A DNA stretch of 64,000 nt, from contig CM074821.1 in assembly GCA_037447605.1 (NCBI GenBank), positions 1,798,001 through 1,862,000 of the forward strand, read 5' to 3'. Origin of the DNA: Zygnema circumcarinatum SAG 698-1b (lineage: Eukaryota; Plantae; Zygnematophyceae). The position numbers were made by a program, and so were the translations under genes. The notes below the pieces were generated by a model that ran no database searches, was not told the DNA's origin, and saw nothing but the letters and a program-made list of their open reading frames with translations. Below are positions 52,156-64,000 of the stretch, in pieces. How positions within the stretch are numbered: position 1 is the stretch's first letter; every line of letters begins with the position of its first letter.

Positions 52156-52301
52156 AAAAGTGGAGTCCGCGGACGGCAGTCGGAAATGGCGGGAATTAAA
52201 ACTGACAGAAAAAGATAGGGCACATAACGTAGCGTGGTTCAGGAAAAATCTGTCAGTTTTAATTCGCCATTTCCGACTGCTTAGCCGCGGACTCCACTTT
52301 T
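52156..52301. repeat. Near-perfect inverted repeat with ~52-bp arms
   Basis: AAAAGTGGAGTCCGCGG..GCAGTCGGAAATGGCG..AATTAAAACTGACAGA pairs with TCTGTCAGTTTTAATTCGCCATTTCCGACTGC..CCGCGGACTCCACTTTT. Confidence 0.9.
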
Positions 52302-52710
52302 GTCGCGTCTCGTTTCGTCACGTCACGGTCCCAAACATACTTGCCACGTCAAATGTTGCCGCGACCAATCATGTCGCTCCACGTGTTGTGCCCTTACACC
52401 TTGACAGACTCGCGCGCTTCGTACATTTCAAATCACCATCCGTACATCGACGAAAAAAGGTCTGTATCTATTCTGAAAAGTATGAAACAGCATTTTTCGC
52501 CAAAAAAAACCTTTTTTTTGCTGCCCGGCGAAAACGTACACTACATTCAGAAAAAGGACACTGTAAATAGTCGCCCCCTGTTATATATTACTTTACAACT
52601 CCTTTACAACATGTACGGTCGGAAAGGCGTATGGTCGTACGACTGTACGGTATTATGCGGTACGAATGTACGGTCGTACGGTCTGCCCGAGCACGAGCAG
52701 ACAGAGTGAA

Positions 52711-52821
52711 CCAGACGGACGCATTTCGCAAGTTTTTCGCAAGTTTCGCAAGTTGCGAAATGCGTCCGTCTGGAATGCGTCCGTCCGTCCGTCTAATGCG
52801 TCCTATTAGGGGCCCTAATAG
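52711..52821. repeat. Palindromic GACGGACGCATT cluster, probably a MITE end
   Basis: CCAGACGGACGCATTTCGCAA...TTGCGAAATGCGTCCGTCTGG, then AATGCGTCC repeats and CTATTAGGGGCCCTAATAG. Confidence 0.65.
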
Positions 52822-53839
52822 GGGGACTCCCCCTAATTGTACACTACAGGGAGGGAGGGCGGGAGGGAGGGAGAGGCAGAGAGGAAGAGGGGGAGAGTAG
52901 GAAAGTCGAGCGAGCTGGGAGCGGCGAGAATATCGGCATATATCGTACTTCCTTGCGATATTATCTGCGCTACATCCCGATATTCTTTGGCAAATTTATT
53001 CGTCATTATATGTCCAGGTCAACTTTGCGTCCAGTTTTGGAAGTCCTTCTGTAAGAGATTGTACAGTACAATACAAATAAGTCCGTACATGTCTGTACAA
53101 TGAAAGAGCACAGTGCCACGTGTGCATGTCTGTTCAAGCGTGGAATTTTTTTGAAAAAGGCGGGATGGGTCAACGGCGATCTCGTTCGACCTCGGATGGT
53201 TTGTCGTTTTGTTCCGTGACCTCTTTTTTTCCGCCATGGACAAATGCGCATCGAATCGGACGGTGAGAAGTGCGCCGAGCGATTTAAAGGACTCATCGCA
53301 AACGTTCCTTTGAACTGCAACTTTTTGCATGTTCATTTCGCCAGGGGAAAATGGCATTGATCTCACGCATGGCGAGGCCATCAAATGCACATGGACAACA
53401 TCAGCATGGGGAACCACGAGAAACTTAACTGGGCGTGAAGGACCCAAGCACAAAAGAACAAAGCGAGGCGCGGAAAGCCACGCCTCGGCTCAACACCGCT
53501 TCAAGCCCTCCCTCGAAGCAGCCGCGAAGGTCACCGATCGATGTGCGCGCATCGCGAGGGAGCGGCGAAGGTCACGTCCTTGCCACGTTTGGTGTGTGCT
53601 CTTACCATGTGTCGAGTTATAGGGTAAAGTTAGTGGGGTTAGGGACAGATTTGTAGTTTCTTTGCAGTGGAAAATCATTTGTACTTATCTTTTTTTTTCA
53701 GAGAAAAAAATATCGGCCTGCCCGAATCCGCTCGCAGCAAAAGATCCGTCCGCCACTAGATCGTTCGCGGGTGGCCGTCATTTACACGTGCCATGAATCT
53801 CCGCCGTCGATTCTCGACCAGATCGCACCACGGCAGATC

Positions 53840-53966
53840 GTCGTTATATCTGTAATGGCGTCACTATTGGCGCAGGATCTGCAGTGGTGCAATTCCGTTC
53901 CCGGAAAAAACGTTAGTATATCCATGCTGTTATTATAAACAATGTCACTATAACGTGAGTAGCCTG
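53840..53966 (-). mobile_element. Truncated inverted copy of the left end of the 55512-55990 MITE
   Basis: Reverse complement matches 55512-55639 (..TTCCGGGAACGGAATTGCACCACTGCAGATCCTGCGCCA..); ends at a TA. Confidence 0.85.
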
Positions 53967-54498
53967 TAGGTCAAAGAGTACGAAGAATTGGCCAATCCAT
54001 GAGAAGCAAAAGAACCTTTACCATGAGCGCGCAAAAATGTTGTACAATGTGTGCGTTTCATGAAATTGTGTGTACGAACTTGGGATTTGTTTTTGAGCCT
54101 GTACAGGGCCTACGATTGACAATGACGCCACGTGGCAAAACTCTATGCCACCACGTGGTGTGTAGACCTCTCCGGGATTGTCCTTAGGTCCTTTGTGAGC
54201 GGTCGGCTCCTCGTGGTTCCCCACATTGGTTTTTGTCCGTACACTTGACGGCGTCGCCATGGTGAGTTGAATGCCAGCTTCCAAACACAGCGCAATATTG
54301 TTGTTGTTCATGAGACGTCATGTTCTCGCAACCACGCGATCAACAAAAAAATAATCCTTTTTTTTTTAAAGAAGAAAAACAAAAAAACCACATGTATTAT
54401 CCTCTTCAATCCTATTTGGAGACGGCCTTGCCTTCCTATTTCTAGGGGGATATTAGTCCCCAGACCCTAAACCATGAACCAATGTTCTTGAACATATG
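53967..54498 (-). repeat. ~530-bp dispersed repeat, copy B (uninterrupted)
   Basis: Inverted homologue of 44937-47030 without the LTR insertion. Confidence 0.88.
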
Positions 54499-55511
54499 GA
54501 GTAAAATCTGCCCGACGGAAGAAGGTGTGTATCGATTCCAACAAGGTGTGAAAAAAAAGGGTATGAAAAGGTGTGAAAGGTATGTTCCTTTTTTGTCTAT
54601 TTTAAAATCTGCCCGGCGAGAAAAGGTCTGTGTGTACACAAAAAAGGTGTGAGAATAGAATTTTCCTTCAAAATTAGGTTGTAGGATGTGATTTGGGCAG
54701 GCCTCTACAAACAAGGGAACTCCCTTAACAACGTATAGACACGTTTTTAAGAGAAATTTTGAGATTTTTCTATAAGATATGTTGCAAAACACCTCAAAAA
54801 CACCCTAAAAAAACACGATCCCATAGTTATCATACCATGCTTTCCCCCTTTCTCCCTCTCTCTCTCTCTCTCTCCTCAACAAGAGACCGTCGCCCCTGCC
54901 CCTATCCCTGCCGCTGCCGCAAGAGGGGCAGCAGCGGGGATAGGTTTTGAACACAAAGCCACCCTTCGATTGGTATTATAGTCAAGGTTTCTATGGTTAT
55001 GGGGCTATACGAAACCCCCTGGAGGCTGAGCTGCACACTGCCCTATCGATCCCTCTAATCTATCAGCATCTCCTTCACTATCTTCTCTAACTCCATGAGC
55101 GCAGTTGCAGGGCCTCCCCTCCCCTCCCCTCCACTCCACTCCACACGCAAGGTATTCGCTCGCGCGGACTGCTGTACACCTCAACTTCCAAGCAGCAGAG
55201 AGTGCAGGGTTTGTAGCGAGTCCTACCACACAAAAGCAGCTCCTTTTCTAGTTCACCATGTGCCATCAGCGTCTTTGTAAACCATTTACTATAGCCCAAG
55301 AATAACCGCCATCGCTGCATGTCAGCGGCCGCCAATGCCGTGACACTCGTCGCCTTGCACCGTCCCCTACAACGGCGCGCCTTGTGAAACAGTCAATCGA
55401 CGCTTCGCCGCCCACTGCAAGCTCGTAACTGCGCACTGTATTCTGTCTCATTGCTACAACATTGCTACAGCACCGCTATAGAACTGCTACATTACTGCTA
55501 CAGTACTGCTA

Positions 55512-55990
55512 CAGTCTAATCACGTTATAGTGACACTGTTTATAAGAACAGCATGGATATACTGACTTTTTTTCCGGGAACGGAATTGCACCACTGCAGA
55601 TCCTGCGCCAGTAGTGACGCCATTACGGATATAATGACGTTGAAAAACCCTGATTGTTACTATATATTCAAAATGTCGATATTATCCACCCACGTATTGG
55701 AATATGCGTTACAAATATATTACGACCGTACACATTATCGACTAATATCGTCATATATCGACTTGACCGTACATATCAACTTGTCCGTACACATGCTCAC
55801 TAGGGTTCGTACACACCTACCCACGTGACGACTACCCAAAAAGTACAATGTACGGTATCAAAGTCGTACGGATATACCGCAAAAACATATGTAATAACAT
55901 TGTCATTATATATATAAAAGGACAAACGGGTCATTACCGATATAGTGACACAAATGTGTGGGAACCGACACAGATAACGTGATTAGACTG
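55512..55990. mobile_element. Tc1/mariner (pogo/Tigger-like) MITE with TA target duplication, inserted in a TGCTACAG array
   Basis: TA|CAGTCTAATCACGTTAT ... ATAACGTGATTAGACTG|TA: perfect 17-bp TIRs. Confidence 0.9.
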
Positions 55991-56332
55991 TATAGCAATG
56001 CTTGCTACAGAGTGCTACAGCAATGCTACAGCACAGCTACAGTGATTCGAGGAAAGTATGCTGACGCCCTAATCACCCGCTCCACCGAATCCCGTTTTTC
56101 AGCCCGTTCAGCAGTGGGATGTTCACACGACGGCGGTCGAAAGTTTCGTCGTCGTTGTGCCGTTTACACGGAGGCGTTCGCGGGGCTCGGTCTGATAAGA
56201 AGCCAAAACCCTGAGCCTCCCAAAACCCTGCTCCAAGCAGTCAAGGTCCCTCTGCCAGCCAAGATTCACTCTGCAATGAGTGCCTGCATCTGGTCATTCC
56301 CGACATCCAGGTGAACGCGTACGGCACCCTCC

Positions 56333-58235
56333 ATGAGAGGCTCCTTGAGCTTCTGCAGAGGCAGCCCTGCAGGGAGCCTCATCAGTGACATGTTTTCTAG
56401 CAGTGCCACGTGTCTGAATCTAGGCGCGCCACGCATCAAACTCTTGCAGCTGCCTTTTAGGGTTCAGGGTTTAAGCAGGATTGGCTCTAGCGGGTGCAGA
56501 GGCGTAACCCTCACAAGAAGCCTTTTTGGGTATGCAGGGAGAGCTTGTTTCTTGGCAGCTAGAAGGGGAGAGGGAGAGGGAGAGGGAGAGGGAGAGGGAG
56601 AGGGAGAGGGAGAGGGAGAGGGAGTGCGGGAGGGAGTGGGAGTGGGAGTGGGAGGAGAATGCAGCGGCAGCAAGAAGAGGAGGAGGAGGCTGCCGCAGGG
56701 ACGCAGGAGAGTAGGAGTATTATGTCGAGCTGGGTATGGGGGAGGCAGTACTTATGCTAAGGTTTGGAGATTAGAAGGTAGCAGTGAAGGAGCCATGGCG
56801 GCATTAGAAGTGAGCCAAGGAGAGGGCGAAGTAGATGAAGGTGGTCCTGAAGACATGGCGGCGCCTTGCTTTGCTGCCTTATCTGCACAGACGCACCGAC
56901 CGCCTCCCTTCGCTCCCTCTAAGTCAGTGCATTTCTTTGCTTTGTTGAGGATTTAAGCTATCTGCTATGTACTGTTGAGGTCCAGACGATTCAGATGACA
57001 TTTTCAGGGAAATGTGGTCAGTTTTGTGAAAAAGAACTCGAAGCGGTCGTGGCTTGCCAATTTAAAAAAAAAAAAATCACTGCCAATGATTTCTTCTTAC
57101 AAGTTTTAATATTTGGTCATTCTGATGCATGTGAGACATGAAAAAAAAGCCGTTACGTGTGTCGGAATTCATAAAAGTAATCATAGAAGCTAGATTTTAT
57201 TCATACAGCATGCCTTAAACCATCACTTCTTCATCTACCTTTTCCGTTCCTTTCTTCATCGATCTCTCATTCTTTTCCTGCAGGCAGACATCGTCAGGAT
57301 GGATCACTTTAGGTGTTATTTTCGCCGTTTTTATCGGAAGTTTCTGGATAATTAACAGCGAGGAGCAGCGGGCCCGAAAGAAATTGGGCTCTCCTGAAGA
57401 TGAACCGGAAGTTGCACCTCCTCCGCCTGCGGAAATGGTGGAACGTTTCGAACGAGCCAAGGCGTCGGTTGGGCAGGAACGCATGGTCGACCGCGCGGTT
57501 ACAGCCATTAGAACTAATGATATTGTCAGGTGGGTTTTTCTTGGGTTAGAGTTAGGTTAGGGTTAGGGTTAGGGTTAGGGTTAGGGTTGGGGTTGTGGTT
57601 AGAGTTAGAGTTAGGGGTTATGGTTAGGTTTAGGTTTAGGCTTATGTTTTTAATCTTACAAGTGTGTAGCTTGAGGGATCTTTGTGTGTGTGTGCGAGAA
57701 AGCGGGAGAGAGAAAGGTGTATGGCTCCTCCAATTTCTGCCGTAATTTCTGGTTATTCATCGGCGATCGAGGAACTTGACAAGGCAAACCCTAATTTTGG
57801 AATGCCGTAGTTGCAGGTGTACTGTAGAACTGGAGCTGGCCTTGGAGGAGAATCGGCGTGCTAGAGTAAGCATTGAAAAGGATTTTTACAACGAGGAGGA
57901 GGTGAGCATATTTGGTTGGCATACTCATCATTTTTGCTTTTGGATGTGTTTTGACAAATGCTTATAGAACAGTGTGATCTTGTTCGCATACAACTTGCAA
58001 GCGATTATGGCCCATGAAGGGCGTTCGTTCGCTGTTTTGGATTGGCTTTCTGAAAATCTCTTTTGTGGGGCAGCTGGTCCAAATGTATGAAGCAGTTCTG
58101 AAGGTGTCTCTGGATGGATATCCCCCCGACTATGGAAAGCTGCTTCAGTTAAGGAGCATGCTACAGATACCCAATGAAATGGCGGAGCGACTGGAAAATG
58201 ACATCCAGCGGCAGGCCGATGTATTTGTTATTTGA
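56333..58235 (+). CDS. Uncharacterised, probably plastid-targeted single-TM protein (4 exons)
   Basis: Ser/Arg-rich transit-like N-terminus ending VLCRA; exon 2 TM WITLGVIFAVFIGSFWII; exons 3-4 CTVELELALEEN..|LVQMYE..PPDYGKLLQLRSMLQIPNEMAERLENDI..FVI*; splice phases consistent. Confidence 0.75.
57543..57640 (+). repeat. Interstitial telomere-like (TTAGGG)n tract in an intron
   Basis: Five consecutive perfect TTAGGG units plus degenerate units. Confidence 0.8.
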
Positions 58236-58890
58236 AGTACGCGAATAAAATAAACTGCTTTCTCCTTGAAGGTGAAGTGTTGAGAGGGCCCAAAATTTAT
58301 GACTGTATTTTCAGCCGGATCGGCTGCACCTACGCGTATGAGAACCTATTGAATGTCTCCGCGATTCTTTCTGCAGTGGGCTTCCATTAATTCGAAATGC
58401 AGCCGCTCTCAAGGCCATTCAGATGCAGTTTTTTGTTTTCTTCTGAGCATCTGCTGCCTATTGGCCTTTACAGAGAGGAGGATCCCTCGCTGAAAAAGGA
58501 GATTAGATTTGGACTTTTCTCTCCTTTCATATGGGCAAGGAAGCGTTCAGGATTAAGAGGTGAAGATAGAGATAGGAAGCAGCTTGCAGAGGTGTTACTC
58601 AAAGTGTTTCATTAGATAAGGGCACTGCAGGGTGGTCAATAATGACCAGCGTATGCATAGCGAGTGAGCGAGAGGAGGGAGCGAGAGTGTGTGAGAGAGA
58701 GAGAGAGAGAGAGATGCCATTCGGAAAATCTCCCGCTTTGAAAAGAATGTCTACTTTGCGATTTTCCTTTTCTCGGACGGCTCACAGTGATGGTTGGGGG
58801 AGCATGCTCAAAGTGATGTATGCGATGCATCATGCCTGCTCATGAGGGCGGTGCTTATAGCTACGAGGGGGCATGACGTGTGTCAGGCCA

Positions 58891-59228
58891 TAGCATGCGC
58901 AAGCAGGGCGTGGTTAGTCAACTTGCAGTAGCATGTGCACGCAGGACATGGTTAGTCAACTTGCAGTAGTATGTGCAAGCAGGACATGGTTAGTCAACTT
59001 GTAGTAGCATGTGCAAGCAGGACACGGTTAGTCAACTTGCAGTAGCATGTGCAAGCAGGACATGGTTAGTCAACTTGCAGTAGCATGTGCAAGCAGGACA
59101 TGGTTAGTCAACTTGCAGTAGCATGTGCAAGCAGGACATGGTTAGTCAACTTGCAGTAGCACGTGCAAGCAGGACATGGTTAGTCAATTTGCAGTAGCTT
59201 GTGCAAGCAGGACATGGTCAGTCAACTT
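58891..59228. repeat. 38-bp minisatellite, about 9 copies
   Basis: Unit GGTTAGTCAACTTGCAGTAGCATGTGCAAGCAGGACAT starting at 58912, 58950, 58988, 59026, 59064, 59102, 59140, 59178 and (partial) 59216. Confidence 0.97.
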
Positions 59229-59790
59229 TCACACAGCATTGATTGACCTTTACAAGCGCCCTCTTTTCTGCAAGCGCGGCCACTACTTACTTCCACAGCT
59301 GTAGTGAGAACGGTGTTCTTCAATACACGATACTCAATACTCGATGCCGATATTCGATATTCTCGGCCAGTACCCGATAGTAGGTTATCGATACTCGATA
59401 CGATATGATCCTGATTGTACCGATACACCAGTGGTTTGAGATAGGGACCGTACGTATGACTCTTACCAGATAAAAAAATATCTGGATTGTAGTCACATTT
59501 CTGGGCCTTCCCTTCGCCTGCCGTACAGCACTCAAAACTTCGCTGTTCCTGTTGTCAATCAGTCCAATTGCAACTCGCCACGTGTATAGAGTTGCATACG
59601 TGACGGATCGCCATTGGCTCCTTTTAAGGGGCCCCTCCGCCCTCTGGCCTCCCCCCTTTCATATGAGCGCCTGTTAGTAAAGCTCATTCGGGAGCTTCAA
59701 GTTTGAAACGTTGAGAGGTTGCAGGAGCAGGAACAGGCGGAGAAAGGAAGCTGCTGGAAGGAAGGCGGAGAGGCTGAAAGGCTCAGTCAG

Positions 59791-62700
59791 CTTTATCACA
59801 AGTAACTTTATTGGCAGTAGTTTGTTTATTATGAAAATGAGGCAGTTAGCGCCTCTGCGGCGCCTCCTCGCTTCCTCGTCGTCTTCGTCTTCTTCTGGAG
59901 CTGCTGCATCCCTGAGAGCATATTCTGCTCGGCCTTTGCAGGTGCTGCATCTCTCATAGCTCTCACCGTTTTTGTGAAGAGACAATGTCAATGCCGCGGC
60001 AGCTTGCGTCTCTTTCATTGTGGCGCAATATGGGAACCATACTCCCGATTTCTTGTATTTTGTTTTTATCTCGTTTATGTGAGTGAGAGTGTCTTGCTTG
60101 ATGCTTACTGGAACTGTGCAGGTTTTGGCTCCTGCTATTGCCTCGCATGCAGCTGCTTGCGAGCATCCGAGAAAGCTTGCATCCGGTGAGAGGAGGCTGC
60201 TTTGCAGTGGAATACTGCTTTTTTTTATCTTTTTACTTATCTTTATATCATTATTGGCATCTGCATCTGCAGCATCCTCTTATTAATATGTGTGCATATT
60301 TACTGTGTTGTTGGACTATTATTGCAGATTTCTCTGCTTTACAAGGGCGCACAGGGTAAGTGAGCGTGTTTGTCCGTACTGTCTTTCGATACTGGAATGC
60401 TGCATATTCATAGTATTTTTATAGTTTATAGTTTCTATGTATTGTAAATTCATATGCATATTCAGAAAAAAATACACCTTTTTCTTACACTATCCTCTCG
60501 TATTTTAAACCTCACCGCCGTATAACCTGGCCTTGTTTCGGCTGCTCTTGGCAGCTCTTTTTTTTGCATTGTTGACTGTTACTTTCCGTTCAGCGCATAC
60601 TTTTGTTTTTTTCCTTCACATTTTTCTTGCAGTGTTCCACATTGGTCGCCATGGCGAGCTCCTCTGTGCCGTTCTTTGGGCACGGAATCAGGTATGGAAT
60701 TGCCAACTGGCAGGCACTTCTAAGCTTCTTTACCATCCTTAACCAATTTTGACCAGTTTTGAAAGTCCAGAAGAAAGCCCACGGCCCTAAAACAGGTCCT
60801 CGACGCGAAGTATGACTGAACATTTTCTGCCATTGAAAAAAATGGGAGTAAAAAATGGTCGTTTTTCGTTTTTTCACCTTTTCCAGGCCCAACACAGGTT
60901 GTCGTGCCATCGATGGGAGAGTCTGTGAACGACGGAACCGTGGCAGCAATTTTGAAAAGTACTGTAGTTAAACTGCCCCGGTTATTCGTTCTTGTGCTTT
61001 GTGATCCTCATCCTATCCTATTAATCAGCCGTTTTTTTTTTCTTTTTCATTTGTTTTTTTTCAGTTTTTCCTGCGAGCATTGAGTCTGAATGAGTTTTGC
61101 AGCAGGTCTTTTATATTGATGAGGCGTTCACAGCCGTTGTTCTATGGTGTTCAATGTTTTCTGGGATATGGAGGATCGAGTTTTTCATGTTTCTGCTTAT
61201 AGGTTAAAATTTTTTTTGCAGAGCCCGGAGATTCTGTCGATGTCGATGAGGTCATCGCGCAGATTGAGACTGACAAGGTATGATTGGATTAGTTGGATAT
61301 TTCTTTTGTCGTTACAGAAACGCTTCAATCTGGGCATGTCCATCTTGCAAAACCATCCATGTGAAAACCACCTTTCCCTCTCTGTGTCTCTCTCACAGAA
61401 TCAGAGAAGGGAGAGGGGGGGGAGAGACAGAGGGGATAGGGGGGGGAGAGACAGAGGGGATAGTGGGAGAGAGGGGAGCGAGAACGAGTGGGGAGAGAGG
61501 GGAGAGAGAGAGAGGGTTAGAGGGGAGAGTGAGAGGGGAGGACAGAGAGAGACAACAATGAATATTCCATCAGGTCCGGTCCAGGTTCACCAATGGGTGA
61601 CACCCGATTCCACCCGAAAACGACAACATTTCACCCCTATTCTTGCCAGATTGACACCCCTATTATTTGAGTACGGTCCTGCTGCTGCTGGAAGGAAAGC
61701 AGGAATTCAGACGAGGCACAACGTCCATGCGCTTTTTGGACTTGCACGTTGTCATAATGGAACTAAATGCGACTAAAGTTGATTAAAACTGTTACAGTTG
61801 TCTAAAGGCGACAAGAGGGAACTTGTGGATGCAGGTCACAATTGATGTCAGAAGTCCTGAGAGTGGAATTATTGAGAAGGTACTTGTTGCAAACGTTGAG
61901 CTTTTCCACACCATTGCATTGCATTACATAATCTCCGAAACAGGATAAGTTGCAATTGCAAAACAGTTTGACGAAGTCCTCAGCCGTCAACTAGTTTGAT
62001 GATCTTTTTGTCGTTTGTAATTGACGATAGCTGTACTACCTATAGCGTCTCCTTTTCTATTCCTTTTTGTTTTCTAACTCTATGTCAGTCACTACTTTTG
62101 ATTGCCTTGAATATCTTTGTCTGTCAGTGCCATTCTATGGTGCTAATTCAGCACATCTTCATGTTTAATCTTTTGTTGGCCAAGCATATGTTGCGAATGA
62201 AGTTAAAGAAGATCCAGAATTTCTGCAGATGAAGTTTTGTAGTGGAATGAAATCGTACTCTCATTAGGCAGCCATGCATGAGAATTCACTGCCTGTCTGC
62301 ACGTCGTTGAAGACATTCTCCAAAACCGCTTGATTTGGCACCGATTATGGTTGCAATTACAAATGACAAGTTATTTGCTTCGCAAACACCATACCTTTGG
62401 ACCCGCTAGCCTAGTGAAGCCCGACCTGAAACCCTAAATAATGTATTGGATAAGAATATATTCGGCTCAGATATCAGCTGTGTGTACACTTGTTGATTAT
62501 AGAAACAGCAGACTTTATATATCTGCTTTTTCGCTAATAAGTGATTTTAAGTTATTGTTGATAACGTTGATAATGCTGATAATGTCGTTGCAGTTTGAAA
62601 TTAAGGTTGGAGATACCGTCACTCCAGGCACAAGTGTGGCATCCATAGTCAAGGGAGCTGCTGGGGCAGCGCCTCCTCAGAAAGTTGTGAAGGAGACCGA

Positions 62701-63910
62701 GCAAAAGCAGAGTGCTGATTCATCCCCTATCCCCCCTCCTCCTCCACCTCCCCCTTCCCCTCCCCCTCCTCCTCCACCAAAAGAAACTGTTTCAACTCTT
62801 CCGCCAAAAGGCACAACAGAAGGGCAGTTGCTCCCTAAAGACAGGGAGCGAAGGGTAAGCTATTTTCATACTGGTTCTTGTCGCTTGCCCTTCAATTTGA
62901 GGTTTGCGTTTAGTAAAATATTTGTGGTATGTAGGTAAGGTTTGATTTTTTATGAGTATTGCGAGAAGTGAAAAAAAGCTTTGCACTTTTAACTTCATTT
63001 CACGAATCAGTCCTGGCATGAATGTTGACCGTTGCGATCTGATGACGGAGCTTCTGCCAATCTGTTAATGTTTGTAGTCTGACTGCTTGAGATAGCCGGA
63101 GCCTCAATGGTTGCATGCAAAACGTGAAGAAGTTGATAATGCTGACACATGGCTTCGCTTATTTTGTGGGTCAGGTACCGATGACAAGGCTCAGAAAGCG
63201 AGTGGCTAGCCGATTGAAGGACTCGCAGAATACTTTCGCTATGCTTACAACTTTTAATGAAATTGACATGTAAGGCTTCCTCAAAGTTGTCGTATGAACA
63301 TTGGTTCGATTCAATATATAGGCATTATTCAAAATCTGGTCGAAATCATTGGTCTTACGTAGAGGTGTATCCGATGTTTACCAGAAAAATAAATCTCTTG
63401 GGCGATGTCGTAGGCCTTTTATAGCCTTTATGTGAAGTTGTTTCAACACTGGTCAAGAAACACATTGCTCGGACTACGCTGAATTGAATGTATTGAGTTA
63501 TGGCTGCAGGACCAATCTGATGAAATTGCGAAACGACTTCAAGGATGACTTCGTTGAGAAGCATGGCGTCAAACTTGGCTTCATGTCCGCTTTCGTTAAG
63601 GTGCGGAGCTACCCTTTTTTTTTTTTTTCTCTTCTTTCCGCAAGGCTTGAAATATAAGCACCTGAGGGTGACTGGCTGTTACCTTCCCACTTTCACTCCC
63701 TTTGTTTCTCTCTCCCACTCTCCCTCACTCCCCCCCACTCCCTCCCGCCCCTCCCGTCTTTCCTACCTCCATCTCATGCCATTTGAATTGGGGCTGCAGG
63801 CGGCCGTTGCAGCGCTGAAGCAGGAGCCAGCAGTGAATGCTGTCATTGACGGAGATGACATCGTCTACCGTGACTACATAGACATCAGCATTGCTGTTGG
63901 TACACCAAAG
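59791..63910 (+). CDS. DLST: Mitochondrial dihydrolipoyllysine-residue succinyltransferase (E2 of 2-oxoglutarate dehydrogenase); continues beyond window
   Basis: Mitochondrial-type presequence; lipoyl domain [20 protein letters not shown]|VTIDVRSP; ERR|[32 protein letters not shown]|[21 protein letters not shown]|[33 protein letters not shown]. Confidence 0.97.
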
Positions 63911-64000
63911 GTGCATTCGTACTATTTCCGTGAAGGTTGAGTGGCTTCAAGCTCTTTATTGGAACTACTTATTGTCTTTACGACAGGGTGGTTTATTTAT

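Noticed and set aside
58891-59228. Possible CRISPR array
   Set aside because: Units are head-to-tail with no unique spacers, there are no cas genes, and the context is eukaryotic.

Overview
Eukaryotic, intron-rich plant-lineage nuclear DNA, most plausibly a streptophyte alga (inferred from gene content, GT-AG introns and telobox-like motifs; species not determinable). It is a draft assembly with 7 N-gaps. Most ORFs in the six-frame track are artefacts of (GA)n/(CT)n/(CATA)n microsatellites. Manual splicing supports about 11 host genes: an LRR receptor-like kinase (-, runs off the left edge), two paralogous membrane-anchored FkbM-family methyltransferases, a conserved plant protein ending in APKYGA, PEX22, a Lys/Arg/Ser-rich protein, a divergent Ycf54-like protein, an intronless tandem-trihelix protein, an Ig-like + TBL/PC-esterase protein, a plastid-type single-TM protein, and 2-oxoglutarate dehydrogenase E2 (runs off the right edge). 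A decayed Ty3/gypsy chromovirus occupies ~36.5-44.6 kb, alongside a solo LTR and several MITEs. Most notable: (1) the chromovirus has a canonical -1 frameshift signal followed by an extra ~145-aa domain between Gag and protease that resembles a degenerate N6-adenine DNA methyltransferase; (2) one FkbM gene has two splice-compatible alternative last exons; (3) the Ycf54 paralogue appears to lack residues needed for cyclase binding; (4) three putative glycan O-methyl/O-acetyl transferases lie within 45 kb.
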